Below, one piece after another: positions 23,361 through 32,000 of a stretch of DNA of 32,000 nt. The notes under the pieces were generated by a model. The model searched no databases and was not told the origin of the DNA. It was given only the letters and a program-made list of their open reading frames with translations. Position numbers and translations under genes: made by a program. The DNA is from Proteus phage ABTNLPp2. The stretch's first letter is position 1. Each line of letters starts with the position of its first letter. The stretch is from the sequence record PQ821890.1. The stretch is one strand, 5' to 3'.

Positions 23361-26052
23361 AGAAGTCAAACATATCTTCTAATGATGCTTTCTCTTCGTA
23401 GTCCATACCAGCAGCCTCACACATGCCAGTCAAAGGTTTGACAAAAGACTTCTGAAAGAGCGTGGTGTAATCCATCCAAGCCAATACTTCTGAACGAATT
23501 TCCTGTGGCAACTCAGTACCTGATGGCCAAGCAATACACTTATCACCAAACGGGTTTCCTTCACGCAAAGGAACAATCATTACTTTGTTCCCCTCAAGAA
23601 TTGGAGTAGCGCTGAACCCAGCAGTCGCTCGGTTGTAAGTCAAAGCACCTCGAATGTGGAACGGACACTTAAATCCAGGCCATCCGTTATCGTCATACTT
23701 GGCGATGTCATTACATGTCTTAACTTCTGCAATGATTTTGTAATCAAGACCACGGTATTCTTTTTCAAATTGCTTGTAATATTCTTGTACTGATTTTTCA
23801 CCTTCTTGAAGCATACGACGAATACTTTCTTCCAATGCTGCCTGCACCGCCTTTGGAGTGGAAGATTGCTGAGTTTCCATACCCATGATTTTTAGATGCG
23901 GCTCAGTGTAACGAGTATCTTCCATGTCATATACGTTCAATGCATAACGTTTCTTAGCTTTCCAGAAACCGCCAATACCCTTTGAACCAAGAGGAGGACA
24001 AGAAATAGCCTCACGGTCCATATGCATTAAGTGTTCTTTATTATTCATGTACTCGCAAAGCTCACGGTAAGCTTTGTCAATCATAGGTTCCATTTTTTTC
24101 TTACCAAATTGGTTCATGAATTCAACCAAATCATTGGTATTTTTAAAACGCTCTAACCCTACTTTTTCAATTACTTTATCAACAGAAACGTAAACTGAGT
24201 CAGTGTCGCCTGCCGCTATAAAATCTTCATTTGTTGTACCGCATACTCGGTTCAGATACTCGTTAATCTTACGAGCAATCCACTGGATACCAACCTGACC
24301 GAACAGAGTGATAGCAGTCGCATTACGAAGGTCAAAATATCGGAAATAAATGTTACCGAGAGCACCATAAAGACTGTTGATGAGAATTTTACGGTTCAAC
24401 TGGTTTGTATTAGCCAAAATACTCGCAAGTTCACAATCATGCAGCATCGCTTTCAGAGCTGACACACTTAACCTGTGGAGTTCATTCTTCACTTCATCGC
24501 TAAAATCTTTATAACGCTCAACCTGAATTTTACCGCCAGTTCCACCGGATTTTGAAGCGATAACAGCATTAATAACTTCGATGTTACGGTTTTCGGCTTG
24601 CTGCTTTTTCTTCCAATCTTTACGTTGGAAAAATACCTTCGCAATCTCAACCGGGATAATACCCTCACGGTCTTTATGATACATCCAACCGTTTGGTGAA
24701 CATGAATATGTATCACTAGGCCGCGGTGCTGTTCCATTGATGTATTCATGAATTGGATGAAGCTTAAACTGACCGGCGATAGTTTCTGGGCTGATATTCA
24801 CTTGACGAATGATACTTGGATAAAGAGACGTCAAGTCAAAACTCATAATATAATTACGAGCACATGCTTTTGGTTCAAATACATAAGCACCTGGGAAGCT
24901 CTGCTTAACATGTGAACGTCCTTGTGGAACCACTCGCTTATCTTCTTTGAGACTATTGAAAATAATAGCATCCCAGGTTTTAATCGGGCTCATTACACCG
25001 CCAAAAGGCATTTTAGCGTAATAAGACATACTAATTGCTAGGTCGATGAACCCACGAACTTGGTCGATACCTTGCACCGATTCAACGTCCATGATGTTAT
25101 AACTGATATAACGTTGATGGTTCGTTTCGCGCAATTTGTTAATTGGACCATCATAAGGCAGTTTACCTTTTTTGGTCTCATATTTTGCAACATAATCCAA
25201 AGTATAAGACGGTTGGTTCGTGAAACTGTACTTTTTGTACAAATCCATGTAATCAAGAATAGTTACGCCGTCAATGCTAAATACTTCTTTATCACCATAC
25301 ATGTTAGTGATAATTTTAGATTTCACGCGATTGATTGGTGAAAAACGCTTCATCGAACGTTCACCTAGAACTTGCTTAACGCGGTTCATGATATACGGAA
25401 TATCAAAACCTTCAATGTTCCAACCGGTGAAAATTGCTGGACGCTTTTGTTCCCAAAGACGAATATATTCCATCAATAGTTCGGCTTCAGTTTCAAACGG
25501 TAGATAAACAACCCGGTCAAGAATATCTTGTGGAACTTCGTCACCGCCCTCTGCTTCACAACGAGCTGCTAACTTTTTATCCCATTTGGATACCGACCCA
25601 TACAATGAATGGAGTAAATCAAAGACATAAAATTTGTCATCAATAGAATCGTAATGAGTGATAGCATCAATTTCATATTCTGCTTTCATCGGGTCTGGGA
25701 ATTTATCGCCAGTAACTTCGATGTCACAGTTCGCTACACGAATGAATTTTCGGTCATAAACAATTTCGGAACCATATGTGTCACTGATATATGCGAGTTT
25801 AAAATCATCCATGCCCATTGCTTCAAGACCGACGTCTTCTATGCGCTTGAACCAATCACGAGCATCCTTCATTGTAGGAAAATTGATTGGCTCGCAGTCC
25901 TTTCCATAGATGTCTTTGAATTTTGATGGTTTATCAACATGACGGAACAAAGTCGGAGAATATTCGATACGACGAGTTTTTTCTACGCCATCTTCAATAT
26001 ATCGTTCAACAATATCATTACCAACAGTTTCTACAGATACATAAAATTTCAT
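23359..26052 (-). CDS. 43: DNA polymerase, family B (897 aa)
   Basis: DIEVTG exonuclease motif, FDLTSLYPSII, KILINSLYGALGN, DTDSVYVS; uninterrupted by an intron. Confidence 0.98.
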   Translation of the reverse strand: MKFYVSVETVGNDIVERYIEDGVEKTRRIEYSPTLFRHVDKPSKFKDIYGKDCEPINFPTMKDARDWFKRIEDVGLEAMGMDDFKLAYISDTYGSEIVYDRKFIRVANCDIEVTGDKFPDPMKAEYEIDAITHYDSIDDKFYVFDLLHSLYGSVSKWDKKLAARCEAEGGDEVPQDILDRVVYLPFETEAELLMEYIRLWEQKRPAIFTGWNIEGFDIPYIMNRVKQVLGERSMKRFSPINRVKSKIITNMYGDKEVFSIDGVTILDYMDLYKKYSFTNQPSYTLDYVAKYETKKGKLPYDGPINKLRETNHQRYISYNIMDVESVQGIDQVRGFIDLAISMSYYAKMPFGGVMSPIKTWDAIIFNSLKEDKRVVPQGRSHVKQSFPGAYVFEPKACARNYIMSFDLTSLYPSIIRQVNISPETIAGQFKLHPIHEYINGTAPRPSDTYSCSPNGWMYHKDREGIIPVEIAKVFFQRKDWKKKQQAENRNIEVINAVIASKSGGTGGKIQVERYKDFSDEVKNELHRLSVSALKAMLHDCELASILANTNQLNRKILINSLYGALGNIYFRYFDLRNATAITLFGQVGIQWIARKINEYLNRVCGTTNEDFIAAGDTDSVYVSVDKVIEKVGLERFKNTNDLVEFMNQFGKKKMEPMIDKAYRELCEYMNNKEHLMHMDREAISCPPLGSKGIGGFWKAKKRYALNVYDMEDTRYTEPHLKIMGMETQQSSTPKAVQAALEESIRRMLQEGEKSVQEYYKQFEKEYRGLDYKIIAEVKTCNDIAKYDDNGWPGFKCPFHIRGALTYNRATAGFSATPILEGNKVMIVPLREGNPFGDKCIAWPSGTELPQEIRSEVLAWMDYTTLFQKSFVKPLTGMCEAAGMDYEEKASLEDMFDF

Positions 26053-26079
26053 ATAGTTTTCCTCATGATTAATTTAAAA

Positions 26080-26784
26080 TTATTTTATACTATTTTTCTT
26101 AATGCAATTAAAGTAATCTATAATTTTCTGATAACTAGTAATTGGAAAACCATTGGCTATTGCTATTGTTTTAAATTTTCCACATTTTGGATTTTCAAAA
26201 GATTCCCATAAATCAAATAACTTGCTAAATAACGGTTCTGACCATATAGGATGAGTACGTTTTATTTTACGTTGAATATCTTTTGCTTCAATTGAACTAT
26301 GCCATTTTTTAAGACTCGCTGAAATACGTTCTCGTATTTCAGGATTGTTGTGATACGACAATTTCTGCGCTTTTGAGCAATTCTCTATAACTTTGTTATT
26401 CGAATAAACCTTTTTCATTGTGTTAGAATGAGCTTTTAAATTTTCAGGATTTTTGAAATACTCTTTCATTTCCTTTGATTTTTCTTTTACAAATATTTCT
26501 CTATTTTTACTGTATTCTTTAGAATTTAATTCTACTGAATTTAGATGCATTCTTGTTGTCATTCGCCATAAAGCATATTTCAACGCTGAATTTTCAGGAT
26601 ACATTTTAGTTAAAAGCCAATGAGCTATATAGTGGTCTTTAGAGCTCAAATTAACTAAATTGCTTTTATCATTTGTTCCTCCCATACATTTTGGAATTAT
26701 GTGATGAGATTCCGTGTATTCAAAATTATAAGTGGAAGATTTAGCTGCGTTTATGAGAGATTCGTATTCAAAATTGTAGTTCAT
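26080..26784 (-). mobile_element. freestanding HNH-type homing endonuclease gene (about 234 aa from ATG at 26784; track TTG start 26796)
   Basis: HHIIPKCMGGTNDKSNLVNLSSKDHYIAHWLL HNH signature and NUMOD-like repeats (KLSYHNNPEIRERISASLKK); AT-rich, sits between 43 and regA. Confidence 0.9.
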
Positions 26785-26807
26785 TATATCATCCAAATTT
26801 ATAGCAG

Positions 26808-26827
26808 AAAAGGCCCGTAGGCCTTTT
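26808..26827 (-). terminator. probable terminator/hairpin downstream of regA
   Basis: Perfect 8-bp inverted repeat AAAAGGCC-TACG-GGCCTTTT on the minus strand; short T4 tail. Confidence 0.7.
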
Positions 26828-26835
26828 CATTTGAG

Positions 26836-27198
26836 TTATGCACCTATAGTATATTTCGCGATAAGTTTCCAATCGTCTTTTTGCTTAAATGTGATGACGC
26901 GGAAATTATTTTGCATAGCTTGAAGAGAACCTCTGTCTACAAGTTCGATTAAACCCCAATCTTCCAGGAGTTGAGCAATCGAGTCACGGCGGATAATATC
27001 TTCATCGTCAATAGTGACTGGTCGTCCGTCCAGTTTAAGCATCTCTTTAAAATGAACTACATAATAAAGACCCTGCTTCTGCAAGATATGACAACTTTGA
27101 TATAATACACGGTCTCTGTTATTAGCAATACCCATGCGAGTAAGAGTTTCTTTTACTTTCAGGAAGTCTTCAGGTTGTTTCAGTTTAATTTCGATCAT
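26836..27198 (-). CDS. regA: RegA translational repressor (start MIEIKLK)
   Basis: PEDFLKVKETLTRMGIANNRDRVLYQSCHILQKQGLYYVVHFKEM matches T4 RegA. Confidence 0.97.
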   Translation of the reverse strand: MIEIKLKQPEDFLKVKETLTRMGIANNRDRVLYQSCHILQKQGLYYVVHFKEMLKLDGRPVTIDDEDIIRRDSIAQLLEDWGLIELVDRGSLQAMQNNFRVITFKQKDDWKLIAKYTIGA

Positions 27199-27200
27199 TT

Positions 27201-27770
27201 TTACCATTCCAATGCTTGTTTTTTAAATTGTTTTTGTTCTTTAACATTTTTGGTCACGTCTTTCAAAAATTCATCTGTGACCAACCCTTTGGCTTCTTTT
27301 AATACTACGCCCAATTTACCTTTACGTTCTAGGGTTTCTCTATAAACCTGAGCGTCATTTAAATTAATAGTATAATATTTCATTAATACCCTGAGAATAA
27401 GTATCTCCTGGGTATCCTCTATTAACTTAGCCCACTTACCAAAACGTCGGCCTTGAGGTACAGCAGCTACCATATAATTGAAATGAGCTTCATCCGATAG
27501 TCCAGAACCGATAAGATTCATTGTATAAACCGCTGGCATACATTCCGGATGTTGCGATAACGCATTTTCAACCATGAATTTGTTATATTCTTTTTGAGCG
27601 ATGGAACACTGTTTCTTTTCGTTTATTGCGCCGATTATTTCAAAAAATTCATTTTCTGCTTTCTGTTTGAAAGTATCAGCCATTTCTTGAACTTTGTTCC
27701 AATCTTTAGAATACCAAGCTACCTGATGCTCATTAAATTGGACGTCATCATCAAATAAACTCATTTCCAA
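27201..27770 (-). CDS. 62: clamp loader small subunit (189 aa)
   Basis: Position between regA and 44; length as T4 gp62. Confidence 0.93.
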   Translation of the reverse strand: MEMSLFDDDVQFNEHQVAWYSKDWNKVQEMADTFKQKAENEFFEIIGAINEKKQCSIAQKEYNKFMVENALSQHPECMPAVYTMNLIGSGLSDEAHFNYMVAAVPQGRRFGKWAKLIEDTQEILILRVLMKYYTINLNDAQVYRETLERKGKLGVVLKEAKGLVTDEFLKDVTKNVKEQKQFKKQALEW

Positions 27771-28720
27771 TCCATCTCTAAAGTAAGCTGAATAAGCATA
27801 TAAACGATATGTAGTTCTGTATTTGCCGCAATACCATGATATTGGTTGTTTTCACCAATAATTTCATACATCCTAATGATACTTGGGCCTTTTACGAGAT
27901 TGTAAAGTTCATTTGAAAGCTTATCAACAAACCAAGAATAATCTACCGCATATTTTGGAGCGAGAGCACGAAGCTGCTTAACATCTTTAGCTTTTAATGC
28001 ATCTAAAACATCATTAACTGAACCATTGTCATTAGTTACAATACTCAGAATTCCAGCATCCAAGACACCTTTGGACGAATACATATCAAGTTCGCCAATA
28101 GTCTTACGAAAATCTGGAAAGTTCTTTTTAACTAAAGCAGCAACAACTTTTAAATCGGCGATTTCAATATTTTCATTTTTGCATATTTCAACCATACGAC
28201 GAATCATCTGTTTCATCATTGTTGTACGGTCTTCTTCTGTTGCTTGGCCAAATTTAATTACTCGGCAACGCGAACGAAGTGGTTCAATAATGCCGTCAAT
28301 ATTGTTGGCAGTAATAATAACAGAACAGTTACTTGAATATGCTTCTAAAAATGAACGCAAATGACGCTGAGATTCAGCAAGTCCAGAACGGTCAAATTCG
28401 TCAATAACAATAACTTTTTGACGACCTTCAATAGAAGCAGAACTTGCAAAATTAGTTAATGGCCCACGGACAAAATCAATTTTACAATCTGAACCATTCA
28501 CAAACATCATATCAGCATTTGTGTCATTACACAAAGCTTTTGCTGTAGTTGTTTTACCTGTACCTGGTGAAGCAGATACCAGAATCATATGAGGGATTTT
28601 ACCGCTTTTAACAATTTTATTCATTGTTTCGCGGTCGGCGGCGGGAAGGATACATTCTTCAATTGTAGAAGGACGATACCGTTGTTCAAGGATGTGTTCT
28701 TTTTCGTTAATTGTAATCAT
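27761..28720 (-). CDS. 44: clamp loader large subunit, AAA+ ATPase (319 aa)
   Basis: [26 protein letters not shown]-type Walker [10 protein letters not shown]; position and length. Confidence 0.97.
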   Translation of the reverse strand: MITINEKEHILEQRYRPSTIEECILPAADRETMNKIVKSGKIPHMILVSASPGTGKTTTAKALCNDTNADMMFVNGSDCKIDFVRGPLTNFASSASIEGRQKVIVIDEFDRSGLAESQRHLRSFLEAYSSNCSVIITANNIDGIIEPLRSRCRVIKFGQATEEDRTTMMKQMIRRMVEICKNENIEIADLKVVAALVKKNFPDFRKTIGELDMYSSKGVLDAGILSIVTNDNGSVNDVLDALKAKDVKQLRALAPKYAVDYSWFVDKLSNELYNLVKGPSIIRMYEIIGENNQYHGIAANTELHIVYMLIQLTLEMDWK

Positions 28721-28746
28721 AATTTCCTCATATTAATATTCAAAGC

Positions 28747-28766
28747 AATGGGGCCGTAACCCCATT
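28747..28766 (-). promoter_or_regulatory. intergenic hairpin between 45 and 44
   Basis: 7-bp inverted repeat AATGGGG-TTACGG-CCCCATT on the minus strand, no U-tract. Confidence 0.5.
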
Positions 28767-28788
28767 TTAAATCATTTTATTTACAGCA

Positions 28789-29475
28789 TTAAAAATCATG
28801 AGTAGAATCAGCTTCCATAGCTACTACATAACTTGCATGTTCACCTTCAAACTTAGCTGCTGTTTTCTTACCATCAGCCCACAGCATCAATTTGTATGAA
28901 GCGGGCTGCATTTTCATATTAGCCATGTTAATAACAAAGTTAAAGTTATTAGTGCCGTCGTAGTCACCCAAAGTCAAAGAATATTTTACACGAACCAAAG
29001 CAGAATCTTCAACTTTATTATAACCATTCAGAATAATTTTACCATCTTTGTTAGTGAATGTGATGGTATCAATCTGCAAACCGCGAGAAACTCGCATCAG
29101 CTGCTGAAGGTCTTCACCTTTAAAATCTACAATAACTGAAGCGACCGGGAACGGAATTGGTTTGCTTGGAAAAACAATGGTGCTTGGGTCAGCTGCTGGC
29201 CAGAAAATAGTTGAACGAGCATCTGCGATTTTCACATTACCATCATCTGCCATGGAAATCTCTGCGTCTTCATTGACTAAACCAAGAATACCCAGAAAAC
29301 CATTCAAATCATAAATTGCTACTTCAAAATCAATTGTGTCTGCGATAGTTGCTTCAGCATAAGTTGTGCCGTTTACAGCACGTGTCATGATAAAGTTACC
29401 CTGCTTAAGCATGATACCAGAGTTAATAGTAGAGAAATTTTTCAGAATATTCAGAGTATCTTTAGACAGTTTCAT
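28789..29475 (-). CDS. 45: DNA polymerase sliding clamp (start MKLSKDT)
   Basis: NSGIMLKQGNFIMTRAVNGTTYAEA, DARSTIFWPAADPST, FEGEHASYVVAMEADSTHDF match T4 gp45. Confidence 0.97.
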   Translation of the reverse strand: MKLSKDTLNILKNFSTINSGIMLKQGNFIMTRAVNGTTYAEATIADTIDFEVAIYDLNGFLGILGLVNEDAEISMADDGNVKIADARSTIFWPAADPSTIVFPSKPIPFPVASVIVDFKGEDLQQLMRVSRGLQIDTITFTNKDGKIILNGYNKVEDSALVRVKYSLTLGDYDGTNNFNFVINMANMKMQPASYKLMLWADGKKTAAKFEGEHASYVVAMEADSTHDF

Positions 29476-29516
29476 TATTTTTCCTTTCAATTACACGTTT
29501 AATAAGATTTATTATA

Positions 29517-29909
29517 TTACTTAAAAGTTTTTGCAAGTTCTTCGATAACTTCTTCAGATACCAGCAAAGCAGCAGAAATTAATTGTTCATCAGCGTTAAC
29601 ACAGAAATCATCTTCAAGACGCTCGCCACCAATACGGTCCAGAACAAATTTAGCACCGGCAGAAACAGATTCATTGTAATGCTTCCGCATCAGTTCAATC
29701 CATTTATCATTTACGGAGCGGTCAATTGACTGATAATATGCATGCCGCGCTTCAGCAATAGGGATACGTTTGCGGATAAGTTCAGCACCTTGTTCACCCA
29801 TAGCAAGTACCCATACTCGACGAATTTTGTTTTGGTTATTAGGGTTAGAGTCAGTACGTACATTTTTAGGCTGGATATCTTTAGTATCAATTGCAAAATT
29901 CAAGTTCAT
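29517..29909 (-). CDS. rpbA: RpbA RNA-polymerase-binding protein (130 aa)
   Basis: Position upstream of 45 and length match T4 rpbA. Confidence 0.85.
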   Translation of the reverse strand: MNLNFAIDTKDIQPKNVRTDSNPNNQNKIRRVWVLAMGEQGAELIRKRIPIAEARHAYYQSIDRSVNDKWIELMRKHYNESVSAGAKFVLDRIGGERLEDDFCVNADEQLISAALLVSEEVIEELAKTFK

Positions 29910-29925
29910 AATATTTCCTATTCAA

Positions 29926-30117
29926 TTAATCAAAATATTCTATTACTGTCCAAGCGGTGTTACGGTTAGACATTATTTTAACATATTCTTCTTTAAAAGC
30001 ATCTCTGAGCTGTGTTTCAGTGACTAAGTGGTCTTCACCTGAAAAATTATTAGTCAGTATATATCTTTTAATTTCCGGTACGGCCAACAGCTGTTGGCCA
30101 TTTTTAAAGTCTGTCAT
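29926..30117 (-). CDS. 45.2: gp45.2-like protein (63 aa)
   Basis: Position and length match T4 45.2; stop overlaps gene 46 region. Confidence 0.75.
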   Translation of the reverse strand: MTDFKNGQQLLAVPEIKRYILTNNFSGEDHLVTETQLRDAFKEEYVKIMSNRNTAWTVIEYFD

Positions 30118-31799
30118 TTTTCCATTACCGTGAATCTGCCAACTTTCTTCATCTGAAGATGTTGTCCATAATCCTGTGGGTCATGGTCTTTATGGCTTAT
30201 GATAAAGATATTACTATCAGTCATTCCATTGAGAATTGTTCCTACTCGCTTAATACCTTCGTTATCAAACGCGCCATCATAAACTTCATCGAGAAAGAGA
30301 CAGTTAATTTTAACATTAGAAACTTTTTCAGCAATGTCTCGCCATGTGAATAGCAGTGCAATATCAATACGAGCTTTTTCACCTTGGCTAAATGACGCAT
30401 AACTGAATTCTTCGCGACCGCGAGATTTAATAGTTTCGGTGAATTCTTCGTTCAAAGTAAAGACATAATCAGCTTCCATAATTTTAAGATACTGATTAAT
30501 CTGTTTGTTGAACATCGGAATATATTTGCTAATAATAGCTCCCTTGATACCCGAATCTTTCAGCATTTCAGTTAAAATGCCTCGATGATATTTTTCCATA
30601 ACCATATTGGATTTGGTATCAACTATTTTATTCAATTCTTCGTTAAGCGTTTTAATCTCATCGGCATGATTGATGAATTCTTTTGATGCTTTTTCAATCG
30701 CCGCTTTTACTTTTTTAGCCTTTTCTACTGTTGAAATTAAAGTTTGCTTTTTAGATTTTATGTCTTGAGCAAGTTCTCGTTGCGTTCTAACGTTGCTCTC
30801 ATATTCATGCACTAGTGTCTCGAGATTGGCTCTATGACTTTCTAACGACTCTGATGTATGTTTACATTCATTAATCTTATCGTTAATCTGAGTGACTAGA
30901 GATGACCCAGAGTCTAATTGTTGCATGCATGTTGGGCATGAACCTCCAGAATGATACAAAGAAACAACCTTGTTATATGAGTCAATTTTAGACTTAATCA
31001 ACAGAGTTTGATTACCAATTTCAGTAAACGCGGACCGAGGGTCTTCATCAAGAACGATAGATGTTAAACGTTCAGTTGCTTTTTCAATTTCAGATTTGAT
31101 AGAACGTGCTTCAGTCGCAAGTTCATCGTACATGGTCTGAAAACGAGCTATGTTTTCTCCTGATAGCTTTTTCTGACGTTCAACGTTCTCTTCATAAATT
31201 TTAATCTGTTGGATAATTCCGTCTTTCTTTGCGTCCAACACAGAGACTTGTGAATTAATTTCTCTTATATGAGATTTATTCAATTTATCCATTTCAGCTA
31301 ATGTAGAAACTTCGAGCAAGTCTTCTACTAACTTCCGCCGGGCTGGAGTACTCAAACCCATGAACGGTGTATAACCAGCTGTACCAAGCACAACTACTTG
31401 CTTAAAGCTGGAATAAGACATTTTGATAAGTTCTTCAAAATAGCTTTGAAAATCTTTAACAGAAGCTGCCTCATCCAAGCGAACTCCGTCTCGAGTTATT
31501 TCAAAGATATTCGGCTTTTGCCCGCGCTTTATATAAAAATGCTTACCGTCATACTCCATCCAAAGCTCTACTAACATATCTTTTTTATTAATAGAGTTTA
31601 CTAGTTGTCCTTTCTTAATATCACGGAACGGTTTGCCAAATAAAGCAAATGTAATAGCTTCCAGCATGGTACTCTTACCACCGCCATTTTTGCCGGTGAT
31701 GAGAGTTTTTTGTACCTTATCAAGCTGAATATCAATGGGCGAACCGCCCACTGACATAATGTTCTGGTACTTGATGCGGTTTAACTTAAATGTTTTCAT
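30114..31799 (-). CDS. 46: recombination endonuclease subunit, Rad50/SbcC-like (561 aa)
   Basis: LITGKNGGGKSTMLEAITFALFG Walker A, CPTCMQQL zinc hook, SYASFSQGEKARIDIALLF signature, CLFLDEVYDGAFD. Confidence 0.97.
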   Translation of the reverse strand: MKTFKLNRIKYQNIMSVGGSPIDIQLDKVQKTLITGKNGGGKSTMLEAITFALFGKPFRDIKKGQLVNSINKKDMLVELWMEYDGKHFYIKRGQKPNIFEITRDGVRLDEAASVKDFQSYFEELIKMSYSSFKQVVVLGTAGYTPFMGLSTPARRKLVEDLLEVSTLAEMDKLNKSHIREINSQVSVLDAKKDGIIQQIKIYEENVERQKKLSGENIARFQTMYDELATEARSIKSEIEKATERLTSIVLDEDPRSAFTEIGNQTLLIKSKIDSYNKVVSLYHSGGSCPTCMQQLDSGSSLVTQINDKINECKHTSESLESHRANLETLVHEYESNVRTQRELAQDIKSKKQTLISTVEKAKKVKAAIEKASKEFINHADEIKTLNEELNKIVDTKSNMVMEKYHRGILTEMLKDSGIKGAIISKYIPMFNKQINQYLKIMEADYVFTLNEEFTETIKSRGREEFSYASFSQGEKARIDIALLFTWRDIAEKVSNVKINCLFLDEVYDGAFDNEGIKRVGTILNGMTDSNIFIISHKDHDPQDYGQHLQMKKVGRFTVMEK

Positions 31800-32000
31800 G
31801 TGTTATTCTCGCGAATATAATTGCGGCAATATTCCAGCATAAAATCTTCGGATGTATGCATTACATCAAAATATTCTTGCCATGATACACCCAATGAACA
31901 CTCAGATGTAACAAACATTATGCCTTTAAACCCGCCGTCTTCGGGCCAGTATTCAATATTACCATACCAACCATTGCCTAAATTAAATTCATGAAGTTTC
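31796..32000 (-). CDS. 46.1: partial ORF upstream of gene 46 (46.1-like; C-terminal 67 aa)
   Basis: Manual translation ...KLHEFNLGNGWYGNIEYWPEDGGFKGIMFVTSECSLGVSWQEYFDVMHTSEDFMLEYCRNYIRENNT, TGA overlaps the gene 46 ATG; 46.1 assignment is positional. Confidence 0.6.
   Translation of the reverse strand, partial: KLHEFNLGNGWYGNIEYWPEDGGFKGIMFVTSECSLGVSWQEYFDVMHTSEDFMLEYCRNYIRENNT

Noticed and set aside
23359-26052. Possible intron or split in DNA polymerase gene 43
   Set aside because: A single uninterrupted 897-aa ORF contains all expected exonuclease and polymerase motifs.
1-32000. CRISPR array, tRNA cluster or diversity-generating retroelement
   Set aside because: No regularly spaced direct repeats, no tRNA-like cloverleaf regions in the small intergenic gaps, and no reverse transcriptase or VR/TR pattern recognised.

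Overview
The window is about 32 kb of a T4-like (Tevenvirinae) phage genome. It runs rIIB-rIIA-39-goF/cef/motB-dexA-dda-srd-modB-mrh-soc-56-61-sp-41-40-uvsX-b-gt-(second glucosyltransferase)-42-imm-43-[HNH endonuclease]-regA-62-44-45-rpbA-45.2-46, almost entirely on the minus strand. Gene calls rest on recalled protein similarity to T4 homologues and on conserved gene order; no database search was run. The backbone is well understood. The accessory departures from T4 are: (1) a beta-glucosyltransferase followed by a second, T6-type (beta-glucosyl-HMC-alpha-glucosyltransferase-like) enzyme next to gene 42, implying two-step (disaccharide) DNA glucosylation; (2) a lone plus-strand membrane-protein ORF between 56 and 61, with no dam; (3) an intact gene 39 that contains the gp60 sequence with no split or translational bypass; (4) a freestanding HNH-type homing endonuclease between regA and 43; (5) an Srd-position protein with an HNH-like core; (6) a non-Dmd-looking ORF in the dmd slot beside a decayed duplicate of the spackle leader; (7) a recurrent AACCGTTTAC early-promoter module, including two distant copies sharing a 26-nt identical leader, plus MotA-type middle promoters and C(UUCG)G terminators. 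I found no convincing wholly new multi-gene system. The most plausible undescribed items are small ORFs and regulatory modules. The combination of features resembles CC31/Karamvirus-type phages, which is a tentative inference.
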